Positions 41,757-57,010 of a stretch of DNA of 64,000 nucleotides are shown here, in pieces (the first letter of the stretch is position 1; the number at the start of each line of letters is the position of its first letter). Position numbers and translations under genes: made by a program. This DNA comes from an uncultured Candidatus Rokubacteria bacterium (GTDB lineage Bacteria; Methylomirabilota; Methylomirabilia; Rokubacteriales; CSP1-6). The stretch covers positions 96,001 through 160,000 of the forward strand of contig CAVVEU010000004.1 in NCBI GenBank assembly GCA_963747235.1, given 5' to 3'. A model generated the notes under the pieces. The model worked only from the letters and a program-made list of their open reading frames with translations. It made no database searches and was not told where the DNA came from.

Positions 41757-43279
41757 GCGCCCAGGTGATCCGCAAGCTGCGGCCGGCCACTACCGCGCCT
41801 ACACCCCGCGCCCCTTCACGCGCGCCGAGCGTGATTCGGTGACGATCCTCTTCGGCGGCCTGCACTGGCGCGTCGAGCGGATCCTGCAGGCGGTGCTGGA
41901 GAGCGGCGGGCACAAGGCGCAGGTCTTGCCCGTGGCCACCAGGGACGACCTCCTCACCGGCCGCGAGGTCGCCGACATCGGCCAGTGCTGCCCGACCAGC
42001 TTCACCACCGGCAACCTGGTCAACTTCCTCAAGAAGGAAGCGAAGGCGACCAGCCCCGAGGACGTCAACAAGAAGTTCGTCTATCTCACGGCCGGCTCGT
42101 GCGGGGCCTGCCGCTTCGGCCAGTATCACCAGAGCTACGAGCTGGCCCTGCGCAACTCCGGGCTCGACGCCTTCCGCATGTTCCTGCTCGCCCAGGACCA
42201 GCTCGACCAGAAGGCGGCGATGGGCGACGGGCTCGATCTCAACCTGCCGGTCACGCTGGGATGCCTCTGGGCGATCTTCTGCACGGACCTGGTGCAGGAC
42301 CTCGAGTACCAGGTGCGGCCGTATGAAGTCGTGCCCGGCCAGACCGAGGCGGTGGTCAAGGAGTCGGTGGAGCTGCTCTACGAGGCGTTCCGGAACCGGC
42401 CCACGCGCGGGCCGTGGCAGTCGGTCCTGCTGGTTCCTGACCACCGGTTACTTCGTGCGCGTCATGAAGCGTATCCGTACGAATTTCGCCGCGATCGAGG
42501 TCGACCGGCTGCGGGTGAAGCCGACCGTGAAGATCACCGGCGAGTTCTACCTCCAGACCGTCGAGGGCGATCCCAACTACAACATCCACCGCTGGCTCGA
42601 GGCGGAAGGCGCCGAGGTCTATCCGGCCGGCATCACGGTGTGGATGGACTACCTGCTGCGCCTGGGCCTGCAGCGCTTCGAGGACTACTCGGGCATCGAG
42701 AAGGGCGCGCGGCTGAAGCTCGGCGCTGGGTCGCGCCGTGCAGGCGATCTACCGGGGCGTGGTCGACCGGCTCCGCCGGGCCATGGGCAACCTGCCCCGG
42801 GCCATCCCGCATCAGCTCGAGCTGCGGCGGCTGGCCGCGCCCTACTTCCACAGCCGGCTGGACGGCGGCGAGGGCGACATGCTGGTCGGCAAGGCGATCT
42901 GGGCGCACCAGAAGAAGAAGGCCCACATGATCTGCGAGCTCTCGCCCTACTCCTGCATGCCCAACACGATGTCCATCGGCGCGATGGCGGGCGTGCTCGG
43001 CAAGTATCCCCGACCTGCTCTACGCCCCGCTCGAGATCAAGGGCGACGCCGAGGTGCACGCGCTCTCGCGCTGCCAGATGATCCTGACCGAGGCCAAGAA
43101 GCGCGCCCAGCGCGAGTTCGACGAGGCGCTCGAGCGGAGCGGCATGACGCTCGAGCAGGTGCGCGCCTACCTGGACGCGCACCCGAAGATGAAGCGCGCG
43201 ACCTACCGCGTGCCCCACATGGGCTGCGCGGGCCAGGCCGCCAACCTGGTCCTGCACGTCGGCGCAGAAGGCGCGGTAA
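41737..43279 (+). CDS. 2-hydroxyacyl-CoA dehydratase-related reductase subunit (COG3581, PlsR-like; about four frameshifts)
   Basis: GQCCPTSFTTG, GSCGACRFGQY, VRPYE, TGEFY, GGEG, PYSCMPN; GGAGG RBS. Confidence 0.8.
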
Positions 43280-45484
43280 TGAAGCTCATCGGGATGGACG
43301 TCGGCTCCACCACGCGTCAAAGCGGTCGCGCGAGTGACCGAGGAGTCGGGCGCGCAGGTGCGTCACTGGCAGGACTACCAGCGGCACAACACGCGCCAGG
43401 CGGAGAAGGTGCTCGAGTTCCTCGGGCGCATGGAGGAGGAGGCGCAGGTCGTGGCGGGCCGCGATCGCGTCTTCTTCACCGGCTCGGGCGCGGGCCTGCT
43501 GGGCCCGCTGGTCGGCGCCAAGATGATCCAGGAAGTGGTGGCGGTCGCCGCGTGCGTCGAGCGGCTGCACCCGGACGTGCGCTTCGTGTCCGAGATCGGC
43601 GGCGAGGACATGAAGACGATCTTCTTCACGCGCGACCGGCACCGGCCGCTCCAAGCAGGTCTACATGCAGTCGGCGTGCAGCGGCGGCACCGGGACGTTC
43701 ATCGAGAAGACCGCGCGCAAGCTCCAGGTGGCGAGCGAGCAGCTCGCGGCCCTGCCGTACGCGGGCATGAGCCTGCACAAGGTCAGCAGCAAGTGCGGCA
43801 TCTTCGCCGAGACCGACGCCAACACGCTCGTGAAGACCGGCGTGCCGGTCGAGGAGATCATCGCGAGCCTCTTCGAGGCGGTGGTGTACCAGAACCTCGC
43901 CACGCTGACCAAGGGCAATACCCCGGCGCCCGAGGTGCTGCTGCTGGGCGGCCCGAACCTCTTCTTCAAGGGGCTGCAGGAGGCCTGGCGGCACCACCTG
44001 GGCAAGCTGTGGGAGCAGCGGAAGCTCGCGCTGCCCGAGGGGCGCGATCCGGCCTCGCTGATCACGGTGCCGGCGGAGGCGCTCTACTACGCCTGTCTCG
44101 GCTGCGTGGAGATCGGCGCGGGCGAGGCCGACGGCGTCGCGGTCTACGAGGGCCGCGACCGGCTGCGCTGGTGGGTGGAGGAGGGCCAGCAGGAGGAGAA
44201 GGCCAAGGCGGGCGGCGCGCGCGCTCGTGGCCTGCGCGGAGGATCTCACCTCGTTCGTGGCCGAGTTCGACCTCAAGCGCTCCGCGTCCGCGCGGGCCGC
44301 GGCGGAGCTGGCGGGCCCGGTGCTGGTCGGCTGCGACTTCGGCAGCACCACCGCCAAGGCGGTCGTGCTCTCGCCCGCGCGCGAGCTGCTCTTCACCTGC
44401 TACGCGCTCTCCAAGGGCAACCCGATCGAGGACGCCCAGTCGCTCTTCCGCCAGGTCCGCGAGGCCGGGCTACACCGAGGTCGGCGGGCTCGCGCTCACC
44501 GGCTACGGCAAGGATCTTCTGAAGGACATCGTCGGCGCCGACGTGGCGGTGGTGGAGACGGTGGCCCACGCCACCGGCACGCTGCACTTCCACCCCGACG
44601 CCGACGTGATCTGCGACGTGGGCGGCACCGACGTCAAGATCATGATCCTGCGCCAGGGCACGGTGGCCGACTTCCGGCTGAACTCGCAGTGCTCCTCCGG
44701 CAACGGCGCGTTCCTGCAGGGCGTGGCCGAGCGCTACGCGATCCCGCTCGAGGCCTACGCCGAGAAGGCCTTCGCGGCCAAGGCGATGCCGCACGCTCGC
44801 GATGGGCTGCGGCGTGTTCCTCCAGTCCGACATCGTCAACCAGCAGCGCAAGGGCTGGGCCGCCGAGGAGATCATGGCCGCGCTGGCCGCGGTGCTGCCG
44901 ATCAACGTCTGGATCTACGCCGGCCAGCTCCAGAACCTCCGCGCGGTGGGGCGCAAGTTCGTGCTGCAGGGCGGCACCCATCGCAACATGGCGGTGGTGA
45001 AGGCCCAGGTGGACTTCATCCGCGGCAAGGTGCCGGAGGCCGACGTGGTGCTGCATCCGTACTCGGGCGAGGCGGGCGCCATCGGCGCCGCGCTGTGCGC
45101 GGCCGACTGGCGCGAAGGGGGCGGCGGGCGCGCGAGCCGCTTCCGCGGCTTCGAGGCCATCGCGGCGCTCGACCTACACGAGCACGACCGCGGCCGACAC
45201 GGTCTGCAAGTGGTGCCCGATCAACTGCACGCGCACCTTCATCGACGTGCAGCTGCCCGGGCGCCACGGGACGGCCGTGGAGCAAGCTGCCCCTGGCCGC
45301 GGGCTGGGAGCGCGTCATCAGCGGCAACTCCTGCCCGAAGGGGCTGGTCGAGGACGTGAACGAGCTGCGCGAGGTGAAGGCGAAGCTGGAGGAGGTCAAG
45401 CGTGACTACCCTAACGTTGCCGAGATGGTTCGGAAGGACGCGTTCCGCCGCTCCCGCGCCGGATCCGAGGCCGTCGCGGGCTAA
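43279..45484 (+). CDS. Tandem BadF/BadG/BcrA/BcrD-type ASKHA ATPase (CoA-substrate-specific enzyme activase, COG1924; several frameshifts)
   Basis: GMDVGSTT, EIGGED, ACSGGTG, SKCGIF; then GCDFGSTT, TGYG, DVGGTD, QCSSGNG, GCGVF; C-terminal CKWCPINC..SGNSCPKG. Confidence 0.88.
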
Positions 45485-46627
45485 GCTCCGGATCGGGATT
45501 CCGCGCGTCCTGAACCTCTGGTCCACCCATCAGTTCTGGGTGGGCTTCTTCGGCGAGCTGGGGGTCGAGGCGCGCCAGCTCGTCTTCTCCTCCGACACCT
45601 CGGAGGAGCAGGGGCGGCAGTTCGGCAAGGGCCGGGGCACGGTGGACTGCTGCTACCCGGTCAAGTGCATCGCCGGCCACTACGGCGAGCTGATCTTCGG
45701 CCAGCGCGAGAAGCTCGACATCCTCTTCTCGCCGATGATCTACAACCTGCCCTCGTTCCTCTCCGGCCACGTGGCGCGCACGCTGACCTGCCCGCGCGTC
45801 ATGGCCGCGCCCGAGAACATCAAGGCCGGCTTCATGAAGGAGCGCGACGTCTTCGCCGAGCAGGGCATCCGCTACGCCGCCCCGTTCGTCTCGCTCGACG
45901 AGCCGCGGCTCGTGCCCAAGCAGCTCTGGGAGGGGCTCGACGGCGTGATCCCCGGCGCTGACCGCCGAGGAGACGGCCGGGGCGGTGGAGGCGGGCTACC
46001 GCGCCCTGGCCGAGTTCAACGCGCGCCTGCGGCGCAAGGGCCGAGAAGTCCTCGAGTGGTGCGCGCGCGAGAACCGCGGGTGCCTGATGGTCCTGGCCCG
46101 GCCCTACCACATGGATCCGGGCATCGGCCACGAGATCGAGGTGGATCTGCAGGCCTACGGCTACCCGGTGCTGTGGGCGCAGTACTTCCCGATCGACGAC
46201 GACCTGATGCAGTGGGCCTTCGGCCCGGACATCCGGGCCGGCCACATCAAGTCGCCCTTCGACATCCGTGACGTGTGGCCGTCTTCTTACAGCAGCAACA
46301 CCAACGAGATCCTGTGGGGCGCCAAGGCGGCCGCGCGGATGCCGTGGGTCGCCTGCGTGGTGCGCCTGGCCAGCTACGAGTGCGGCATGGACCAGCCGAC
46401 CTACACGCCGGTGCAGCAGATCGTGGAGCGCTCCGGCACGCTCTTCTTCTCCTTCCAGGACCTGGACTCGACCAAGCCGGCCGGATCGGTGAAGATCCGG
46501 GTGGAGACCATCGCCCACTACCTCGAGAAGTACGCGGGCGACATCATCGACAAGAAGAAGGCGGCCATGGGCGCCCGGCTGCCCGCTGCTGCCCCGGGCG
46601 GCGGAGGTATCTTTGACAGGGGTTTAG
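45402..46627 (+). CDS. DUF2229 / COG3580 acyl-CoA dehydratase activase-related subunit (frameshifts near 45955 and 46570)
   Basis: RIGIPRVLN, DCCYPVK..GH, TCP, LARPYHMDPGIGH, ECGMD, GSVKIRVET. Confidence 0.82.
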
Positions 46628-46642
46628 CCCCCGGCCTACACT
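46613..46642 (+). promoter_or_regulatory. Sigma70-type promoter for the sensor kinase operon
   Basis: TTGACA-N18-TACACT, ending 11 nt before ATG 46654. Confidence 0.6.
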
Positions 46643-46653
46643 CGCCGGATACG

Positions 46654-49526
<2,873 letters not shown>

Positions 49527-49542
<16 letters not shown>

Positions 49543-49924
49543 TCCTGATCGTCGAGGACAACGAGAAGAACCGGAAGCTGGAGCGCGACATCCTCCAGTT
49601 CCACGGCTACCGGACCGCGGAGGCCGAGAACGCGGAGGACGGGATCGCGCTGGCGCAGGCCACCCCGCCCGCCCTGGTCCTCATGGACATCCAGCTCCCG
49701 CGCATGAACGGGATCGAGGCGCTCCAGGTCCTGCGATCCGACGCGCGGACGCGGGCCATCCCGGTGATCGCGGTGACCGCCTCGGCCATGACCCAGGACC
49801 GGCAGAAGATCATGGCCGCGGGCTTCGACGGCTACCAGGCCAAGCCCATCGACGTGACCCAGTTCGTGGCCGCGGTGCGCGCGATGCTGGATCGCCCCGC
49901 GCAAGGGTCGAGCCCGCGCGGTGA
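49527..49924 (+). CDS. Single-domain response regulator (DivK-like receiver); stop approximate
   Basis: LIVEDN, LMDIQLP, AVTASAM, AKP. Confidence 0.88.
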
Positions 49925-51017
49925 GCGAGCCGGCCCGCATCCTGGTGGTGGACGACACCCCGATGAACGTCAAGCTGCTCGAGGGCGTGCTCGTCGGCCA
50001 CGGCTACGCGGTGATCACCGCGTCCGTCCGGCGCGATCGCCCTGGAGCGGGTGCGGGCCGAGCAGCCGGATCTCGTCCTCCTGGACGTGGTGATGCCGGA
50101 GATGAGCGGCTACGAGGTCTGCCGGCGGCTGCGGGCCGACGAGGCGACGCGGCTCCTGCCGATCGTCATGGTGACCGCGCTCGATCCGGCGACGGAGCGG
50201 GTCAAGGGCATCGAGGTGGGCGCCGACGACTTCCTGACGCAAGCCGATCAACCAGCCCGAGCTGCTGGCCCGCGTGCGCTCGCTGCTGCGCATCCGCGCG
50301 CTGCACCAGGAGCTCGAGGAGCTGAACCGGACGCTCGAGCAGCGCGTGCGGGACCAGGTGGCCCAGCTCGAGCGCCTGGGGCGCCTGCGCCGCTTCTTCT
50401 CGCCCCAGCTCGCCGAGCTGATCGTGGCCGGCGACACCGAGGACCCGCTCAAGAGCCATCGCCGGGAGATCACGGTGGTCTTCCTCGATCTGCGCGGCTT
50501 CACCGCGTTCGCGGAGACCGCCGAGCCGGAAGAGGTCATGACCGTGCTGCGCGAGTACCACGGGGAGATGGGCCGGCTGATCGTGGCCGCGGAGGGCACG
50601 CTCGAGCGCTTCGCGGGCGACGGCATGATGATCTTCTTCAACGACCCGGTGGAGGTCCCCGACCCGGCGGTGCGGGCCGTCCGCATGGCCGGCGCGATGC
50701 GCGAGCGCATCGCCACGCTGACCGGCGCCTGGCGCAAGCGCGGCTTCGATCTCGACTTCGGGGTGGGCATCGCGCAGGGCTACGCCACCATCGGCGCGGT
50801 CGGCTTCGAGGGCCGCCTCGACTACGGCGCCATCGGCACCGTGACCAACCTCGCCTCGCGGCTCTGCGGCGAGGCCAAGCCGGGGCAGATCCTGCTCTCG
50901 CAGCGGGTGGCGGGCGGGGTGGAGGAGATCGCGGAGGTCGAGACCGTCGGCGAGCTCACCCTGAAGGGCTTCCAGCGGCCGGTGAAGGCCTTCAACGTCG
51001 TGCGCCTGAAGGAATGA
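49921..51017 (+). CDS. Receiver domain fused to a class III adenylate/guanylate cyclase (frameshifts near 50025 and 50240)
   Basis: LVVDD, LLDVVMP, then VFLDLRGFT, FAGDG, YGAIGTVTNLASRLC, LTLKG. Confidence 0.9.
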
Positions 51018-52016
51018 AGTTGTCGACGGATCGCCGAGGTTCCTGAGTGCGCTGGCGTCCGGGACTCTCGTCGCGCCGCGCGCTGCTTCGGCTCAGTCGC
51101 CGGCCGCGAAGACGGTCAAGGTCGGGCGTGCTCCGGAACGCGCCGGATGGTCCCGTCTTCCGGCAGAACTTCGGCTGGGTTCCGGCGGGCCCTCCACGAG
51201 ATCGGGCTCGTCGAGGGCGAGGGGCTCGTCATCGAGTACCGCGTGCGCGCGGGCACCGCCGAGGAGATCGCCGCGTTGGCCGGAGAGCTGTCACGCCTCC
51301 GGATGAACGCGATCGTGGCGATCGGGCCGGCGTCGGTGCGGGCCGCCGCCGACGCGACGAGAGTCGATACCGATCGTGGCGGTGGATCTGGAATCGGATC
51401 CGATCGCCGAGAAGTTCGTGACCGGTCTCGCCCGGCCCGGGGGGAACGTCACCGGGCTCTTCCTGGATTTCCCGGAGCTGAGCGGGAAGTGGATCGAGCT
51501 CCTGAGGGAGATGGTCCCGCGGCTCTCACGGGTCACGGTGGCCTGGGATCCCTCCACGCCCCACGAACCTGCTCCGGGGCGCCGAGGCGGCGGCCCGGAC
51601 GCTGCGGGTCGATCTCGCGTCGGTGGAGATCCCGGGACCCGAGGCGCTCGCCGCCGCCTTCCGCACGGCCGCCGGCACCCGGGGTGGCGCGATGGTCGTG
51701 CTGCCCTCGCCCGTGGTCAACTCGGCGCGGCGGGAGATCGTCGCGATGGCCGCGAAGCATCGCGTCCCCACGATCATGGCGTTTCCCGAGTTCGCCGAGG
51801 AGGGCGGGCTGATCGCCTACGGTCCCGAACGTCCCCGCCATGTTCCGGCAGGCGGGCGACGTGATGGCGAAGGTTCTGCGCGGAACGTCGCCGGCCGAGA
51901 TCCCGATCGAGCGGCCGGCGCGCTTCGAGCTGATCGTGAATCGAAAGACCGCCGCGAGCCTCGGGCTGACCGTGCCGCGCTCGCTGCTCGCGCGGGCAGA
52001 CACGGTGATCGAGTGA
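51014..52016 (+). CDS. COG2984-type ABC transporter substrate-binding protein (multiple frameshifts)
   Basis: GLARPGGNVTG, KWIELLREMVP, GGLIAYGP, PIERPARFELIVNRKTA, LLARADTVIE. Confidence 0.85.
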
Positions 52017-52992
52017 AGCGCGTCTGCGTGGTCGGCGCGGGCGCCATCGGCACGTTCCTCGGCACGTACCTGGCCCGGACCGGCGCGGACGTCTCGGTCC
52101 TCGCGCGCGGGGAAGACCGCGGCCGCGCTGCGCGCCCACGGCTTCCGGTTCGAGGAAGGCGGCGCGCGACTCACCGCGCCGGTGCGCGTGGCGGAGGAGA
52201 CGGCCGCGCTCGGGCCTCAGGATCTGGTTGTCCTCGCGGTGAAGGGGCCGTCGCTGCCGGGCCTCGCCCCGGCGATCCGGCCGCTGCTGGGCCCGGAGAC
52301 CGTGGTGCTCACCGCGATGAACGGGGTGCCGTGGTGGTTCTTCCACGGCCTCGGCGGGCCCCACGAGGGCGCCGCGGTCCAGGCGGTGGACCCGGACGGC
52401 GGGATCGCGGCCGCGATCCCGGTGCGGCACGTGATCGGCTGCGTGGTGCACGCCACCTGCTCGGTGCGGGAGCCGGGCCTGGTGAAACACGGCTTCGGCC
52501 GCGGCCTGATCGTGGGCGAGCCCACCGGCGGCGCGTCGGGCCGGCTGAGCGCGCTGGCCGATCGGCTGACCGCGGCCGGCTTCGAGACCACGGTCAGCAC
52601 AGCGCATCCAGGCCGACGTCTGGTACAAGCTGTGGGGCAACATGACCATGAACCCGATGTCCGCGCTGACCGGCGCCACCTGCGACCGCCTCCTCGACGA
52701 TCCGCTGCTCGACCGCTTCACGCTCGCGATCATGGCGGAGGCGGCGGCCATCGGCGACCGCATCGGCTGCCCGATTCACCAGAGCGGCGAGGAGCGCAAC
52801 GCGGTGACGCGCAAGCTCGGCGCGTTCAAGACCTCCATGCTGCAGGACGTGGAGGCGGGCAAGCCGCTCGAGATCGACGGGCTCCTCACCGCGGTGAGCG
52901 AGATCGGCCGGCGCGTGAGCGTGCCCACGCCCAGCACCGACGCGCTGCTCGGCCTCACCCGGGTCTTCGCGGCCGGGCGGGGGCTCTACTAG
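52013..52992 (+). CDS. panE: 2-dehydropantoate 2-reductase family (frameshifts near 52112 and 52600)
   Basis: VVGAGAIG, AVK, MNGVPWWF, WYKLWGN, TSMLQD..LEID. Confidence 0.85.
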
Positions 52993-52993
52993 C

Positions 52994-54115
52994 ATGGCGC
53001 CGCCCCGCGCGCCGTTCCGCGCCGACCACGTGGGCAGCCTGCTGCGGCCGCCCGCGCTCAAGGCGCTGCGCCTCGAGCGGGACTCGGGCCGCGCGACCGC
53101 GGCCGAGCTGGCCGCCGCCGAGGACACCGCGATCCTCGGGGCGGTGCGTCTTCAGGAGGAAGCCGGGCTCCTGGGCGTGACGGACGGCGAGATGCGCCGC
53201 AAGTCCTGGCACATGGACTTCCTCACCCGGCTGGGCGGTCTCGTCAGCGAGGGCAAGCAGCTCCCGGTGACCTTCCACGGCCGCGCGGGCGACGTGAACT
53301 TCACGCGGCCCGACCTGCGCATCGCCTCGCGCGTCGGGCGCCCGGCGCCGATCTTCGTGGACGCGTTCCGGTTTCTCCGATCGGCCACCTGCGCGCACCG
53401 CCAAGCTGACGATCCCGTCGCCCTGCATGCTCTACTCCCAGGTGGGGCGCGCCAACATCGACCGGGCGGTGTACCCGGATCTCGACGGCTTCGTGGAGGA
53501 CACCGCCGCGGCCTACCGCGCCGAGATCGCCGATCTCTACGCGGCGGGCTGCCGGTATCTCCAGCTCGACGACGTGAGCCTGGCCTATCTCTGCGACGAG
53601 GACATGCGCGCGCAGGGCCGCGCCCGCGGCGAGGACCCCGACGAGGTGCTGGCGCTGTCGGTGAAGCTGATCCAGGCCACCCTGCGCGACCGGCCGAAGG
53701 ACCTGGTGGTCTGCACGCATCTCTGCCGCGGCAACTTCCGCTCGAGCTGGCGCGCCCAGGGCGGCTACGAGAAGGTGGCGGAGGCCATCTTCAACCAGAT
53801 GCCCTACGACGGCTTCTTCCTCGAGTTCGACGACGCGCGCTCCGGGGACTTCTCGCCCCTGCGCCACGCCCCGAAGCACGTCCGGGTGGTGCTGGGCCTC
53901 GTGACCACCAAGATCGGCCGCGCTCGAGCGGAAGGCCGACCTGAGGCGTCGCCTCGACGAGGCGTCGAAGTACATCGCGCTCGACCAGCTCTGCGTGAGC
54001 CCGCAGTGCGGCTTCTCCTCGACGCTCGAGGGCAACGAGGTCACCGTCGAGCACCAGAAGGCGAAGCTCGCGCTCTGCGTCGAGCTCGCCCACGAGGTCT
54101 GGGGCGGCCTTGTAG
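52994..54115 (+). CDS. Cobalamin-independent methionine synthase II family (MetE C-terminal-like; frameshifts; stop approximate)
   Basis: RADHVGSLLRP, TDGEMRR, HLCRGN, FLEFD, SPQCGF. Confidence 0.88.
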
Positions 54116-54129
54116 TCGCGCCCCACCGA

Positions 54130-54173
54130 CCCTCTCCCCCGGGAGGGGAGAGAGCCGGTCGAGGGTGAGGGGG
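54130..54173 (-). repeat. REP-like palindromic repeat, degenerate copy 3
   Basis: CCCTCTCCCC..GGGGAGAG..AGGGTGAGGGG between convergent genes. Confidence 0.6.
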
Positions 54174-54182
54174 GCGGGCCGG

Positions 54183-55269
54183 TCAGTCGTCGGCGGGCAG
54201 TAGCACGCAGGCCTCGGCCGCGACCGTCACCGAGACCGGGTCGCCCGCGCGGGCGCGCGCCGGGGTGGGGCCGGTGACGCGCAGGACGACGTCGCTGCCC
54301 TCCAGCGCGATCTGGTAGTCCACCGTGTCGCCGAGGTAGCTCGCCCGCAGCACGGTGCCCGCGAGCGCGTTCGTGCCCGGCGCCGGTGTCCGCGCGCTCG
54401 GTCCGCGGGCCGAGCGCGATCAGGTGCGGCCGGATCGACACCACCGCGGGCGTCCCGGGCGTCAGGCCGTCGGCGGCCACGCGCAGCCGCAGGCGGGCCG
54501 CGCGCGACGGTGGCCGCGCCGTCGGCGACCGCGTCGATCAGGTTGGTCTTGCCGATGAACTCGGCGACGAAGCGGGTGCGCGGCCGCTCGAAGAGCTCGT
54601 GCGGCGCGCCGATCTGCTCCACGCGGCCGTTGCGGATCACCGCGGCCCGGTCCGAGATCACCATGGCCTCCGCCTGATCGTGGGTGACGTAGAGCGTGGT
54701 GATGCCGAAGCGCTCGTGCAGGCGGCGGATCTCGAAGCGCATCTCCTCGCGGAGGCTCGCGTCGAGGTTGGAGAGCGGCTCGTCCAATAACAGAATTTCG
54801 GGCTCCACCACCAGGGCGCGCGCCACCGCCACCCGCTGCTGCTGGCCGCCCGACAGCTCGCCGGGATAGCGCGCGCCGTAGCCCGCGAGCTGCACCGCCC
54901 GGAGGATCTCGTCGACCTTCCCGTCTCGCTGGGCGCGCGGCGTGTTCGCCGAAGCGCAGCCCGTAGGCCACGTTCTGCGCCACCGTCATGTGCGGCCAGA
55001 GCGCGTAGCTCTGGAAGATCATCGCCATGCGCCGCCGCTCGGGCGGGATCACGGAGCCCGGTGACGGAGAGCACGCGGTCGCCCACGCGGATCTCCCCCG
55101 CGTCCGGCGCCATGAAGCCCGCCACCAGCCGCAGCGTCGTCGTCTTGCCGCAGCCGGAGGGGCCGAGCAGGGCGACCAGCTCGCCGGGCCGCACCGTGAG
55201 GTCGAGGCCGGCCACCGCCGCGACGTCGCCGTAGCGCTTGGTGAGGCCGGTGATGACGACGCCGGGCAT
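54183..55269 (-). CDS. ABC transporter ATP-binding protein (PotA/FbpC type with TOBE domain; frameshifts)
   Basis: [37 protein letters not shown]. Confidence 0.9.
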
Positions 55270-55273
55270 GGGC

Positions 55274-56999
55274 TCAGCCCGATCCGCTCGAGGACCGCGC
55301 GCCCATGACGTCGCGGCCGAGCAGGGCCTGCATCGCCGCCACGATGGCGAAGGTCATCACGAGCATGAAGATGCCCAGCACCGCGATGGCGCCGAACTGG
55401 CCTTCTTCCTTCAGGTCGAAGATCACCACCGACATGACCTTCGTATTCGGGCTGAACAGGATGATGGAGGCCGACAGCTCCCGGATGACCCCGATGAAGA
55501 CGAAGCACCACGTGGCGATGATGCCGCTCCGGGCGAGCGGCGCGGTGATCTCGCGCAGCACGCGCAGCCGCCCCGCGCCCAGGATGCGGCCCGCTTCCTC
55601 GAGCTCGGGATGGATGCCCCGCATGGTGGCGTCGGCCTGCGAGTAGCCGACCGGCATCTCCTTGGTCAGGTAGGCGATGAAGAGGATCCAGAGCGTGCCG
55701 TAGAGCAGGAAGGGCGGCCGGGTGTAGGCGACGAAGAGCGCCACCGCGAGCACCACGCCCGGGATGACCACCGGCGAGACCGCGAGGAAGCCCAGCACCT
55801 GGTGGCCCAGCACGAGCTTCCGGTTGGTCACGTAGGCGAGCAGGGTGGCGAGTCCCGCGCCCACGCAGGCGGTGAGCACGCCCAGCTCCAGCGTGTTGAC
55901 GATCGCGGACTGGGTCGCGCTGTGGAGAAAAGTGAACGACCAGTTCTCGAGGGTGAAGTTCGCGGCCGTGAGCGGCTGCGCCCAGGCCCGCGCGAACGCG
56001 GTCTTCAGCAGGATGCCGTAGGGCAGGAACACCGCGCAGGCCAGCACGGCCAGGCAGCCCGCGAGCGCGGGCCCGCGCCAGGGCCCGAGCCGGATGATGC
56101 GCCGCTGCCCGCCCTTGCCGCCCACCGCGGCGTAGCCGCGCCGGCCGAGCAGCTTCTTCTGCGCGAGCAGCAGGAGCGCGGTGGCGAGCAGGAGCGGGAT
56201 CGAGAACGCGGCGGCCAGCTCGGCGCGCGGCGGGTACTGGAAGAACGACCACATCTGGGTCGTCACGGTGTGAAAGCCCGCGGGCAGCGCCAGGATGGCC
56301 GGCGAGCCGAAGAGGGCCAGCGCCTGCAGCACGGCCAGGATGAAGCCGCTGAGGATGGCGGGCAGCACCATCGGCAGCGTGATCGTGCGCGCCACCTGCA
56401 GGCGGCCCGCGCCCAGGATGGCCGCCGCGTCCTCGAGATCGGAGGCGATCAGGCCGAGCGTGTTGGCGATCATGATGTACACGTAGGGGAACGTGTAGAT
56501 CGCCACCACGAAGATCAGCCCCGGCATCGAGAAGATGTTGAGCAGCGGCCCCTCCGCGCCGGTGAGGCCGCGGTAGAGCTGGTTGAGATACCCCGCGTTG
56601 GGGCCGGCGAGCATCACCCACGCGAAGGCGCCCAGGAAGGGCGGCGTCACGAACGACGCCATGATCAGGCTCTGGATGATCCGGCGCCCGGGCAGATCGG
56701 TGCGGGCGGAGAGCCAGGCCATCGGCGCGCCGATCGCGAGGGCGACGAGGCCGGACCAGAAGGCGAGCACCACCGTGTTCCAGAGCGCCTTCTGCAGCGG
56801 CGGGTCCCCCAGCACGCGCGCGTAGTGGGCGAGCGTGAAGCCGCCCCGCGGGCCGGTCACGCTGATGTAGGCGAGCCAGCCCATCGGGCAGCAGGATCAG
56901 CATGACCAGGGCGGCCGCCGCGAGCAGCCAGACCGGCGCGGCGCGGTCGAGCCCTTCGAGACGGCCGGGCCTGAGCGATGCCGCCGACGCCTCCGCCAT
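55274..56999 (-). CDS. FbpB/ThiP-type double ABC permease (frameshift near 56885)
   Basis: Two EAA motifs ([20 protein letters not shown]); many TM segments. Confidence 0.9.
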
Positions 57000-57010
57000 G
57001 AGGCGGCGCG

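Noticed and set aside
43054-43770. In-frame join of the COG3581 gene to the activase N-terminus
   Set aside because: TAATG at 43277-43281 is a classic stop/start overlap, so a one-base error just upstream probably creates the join.
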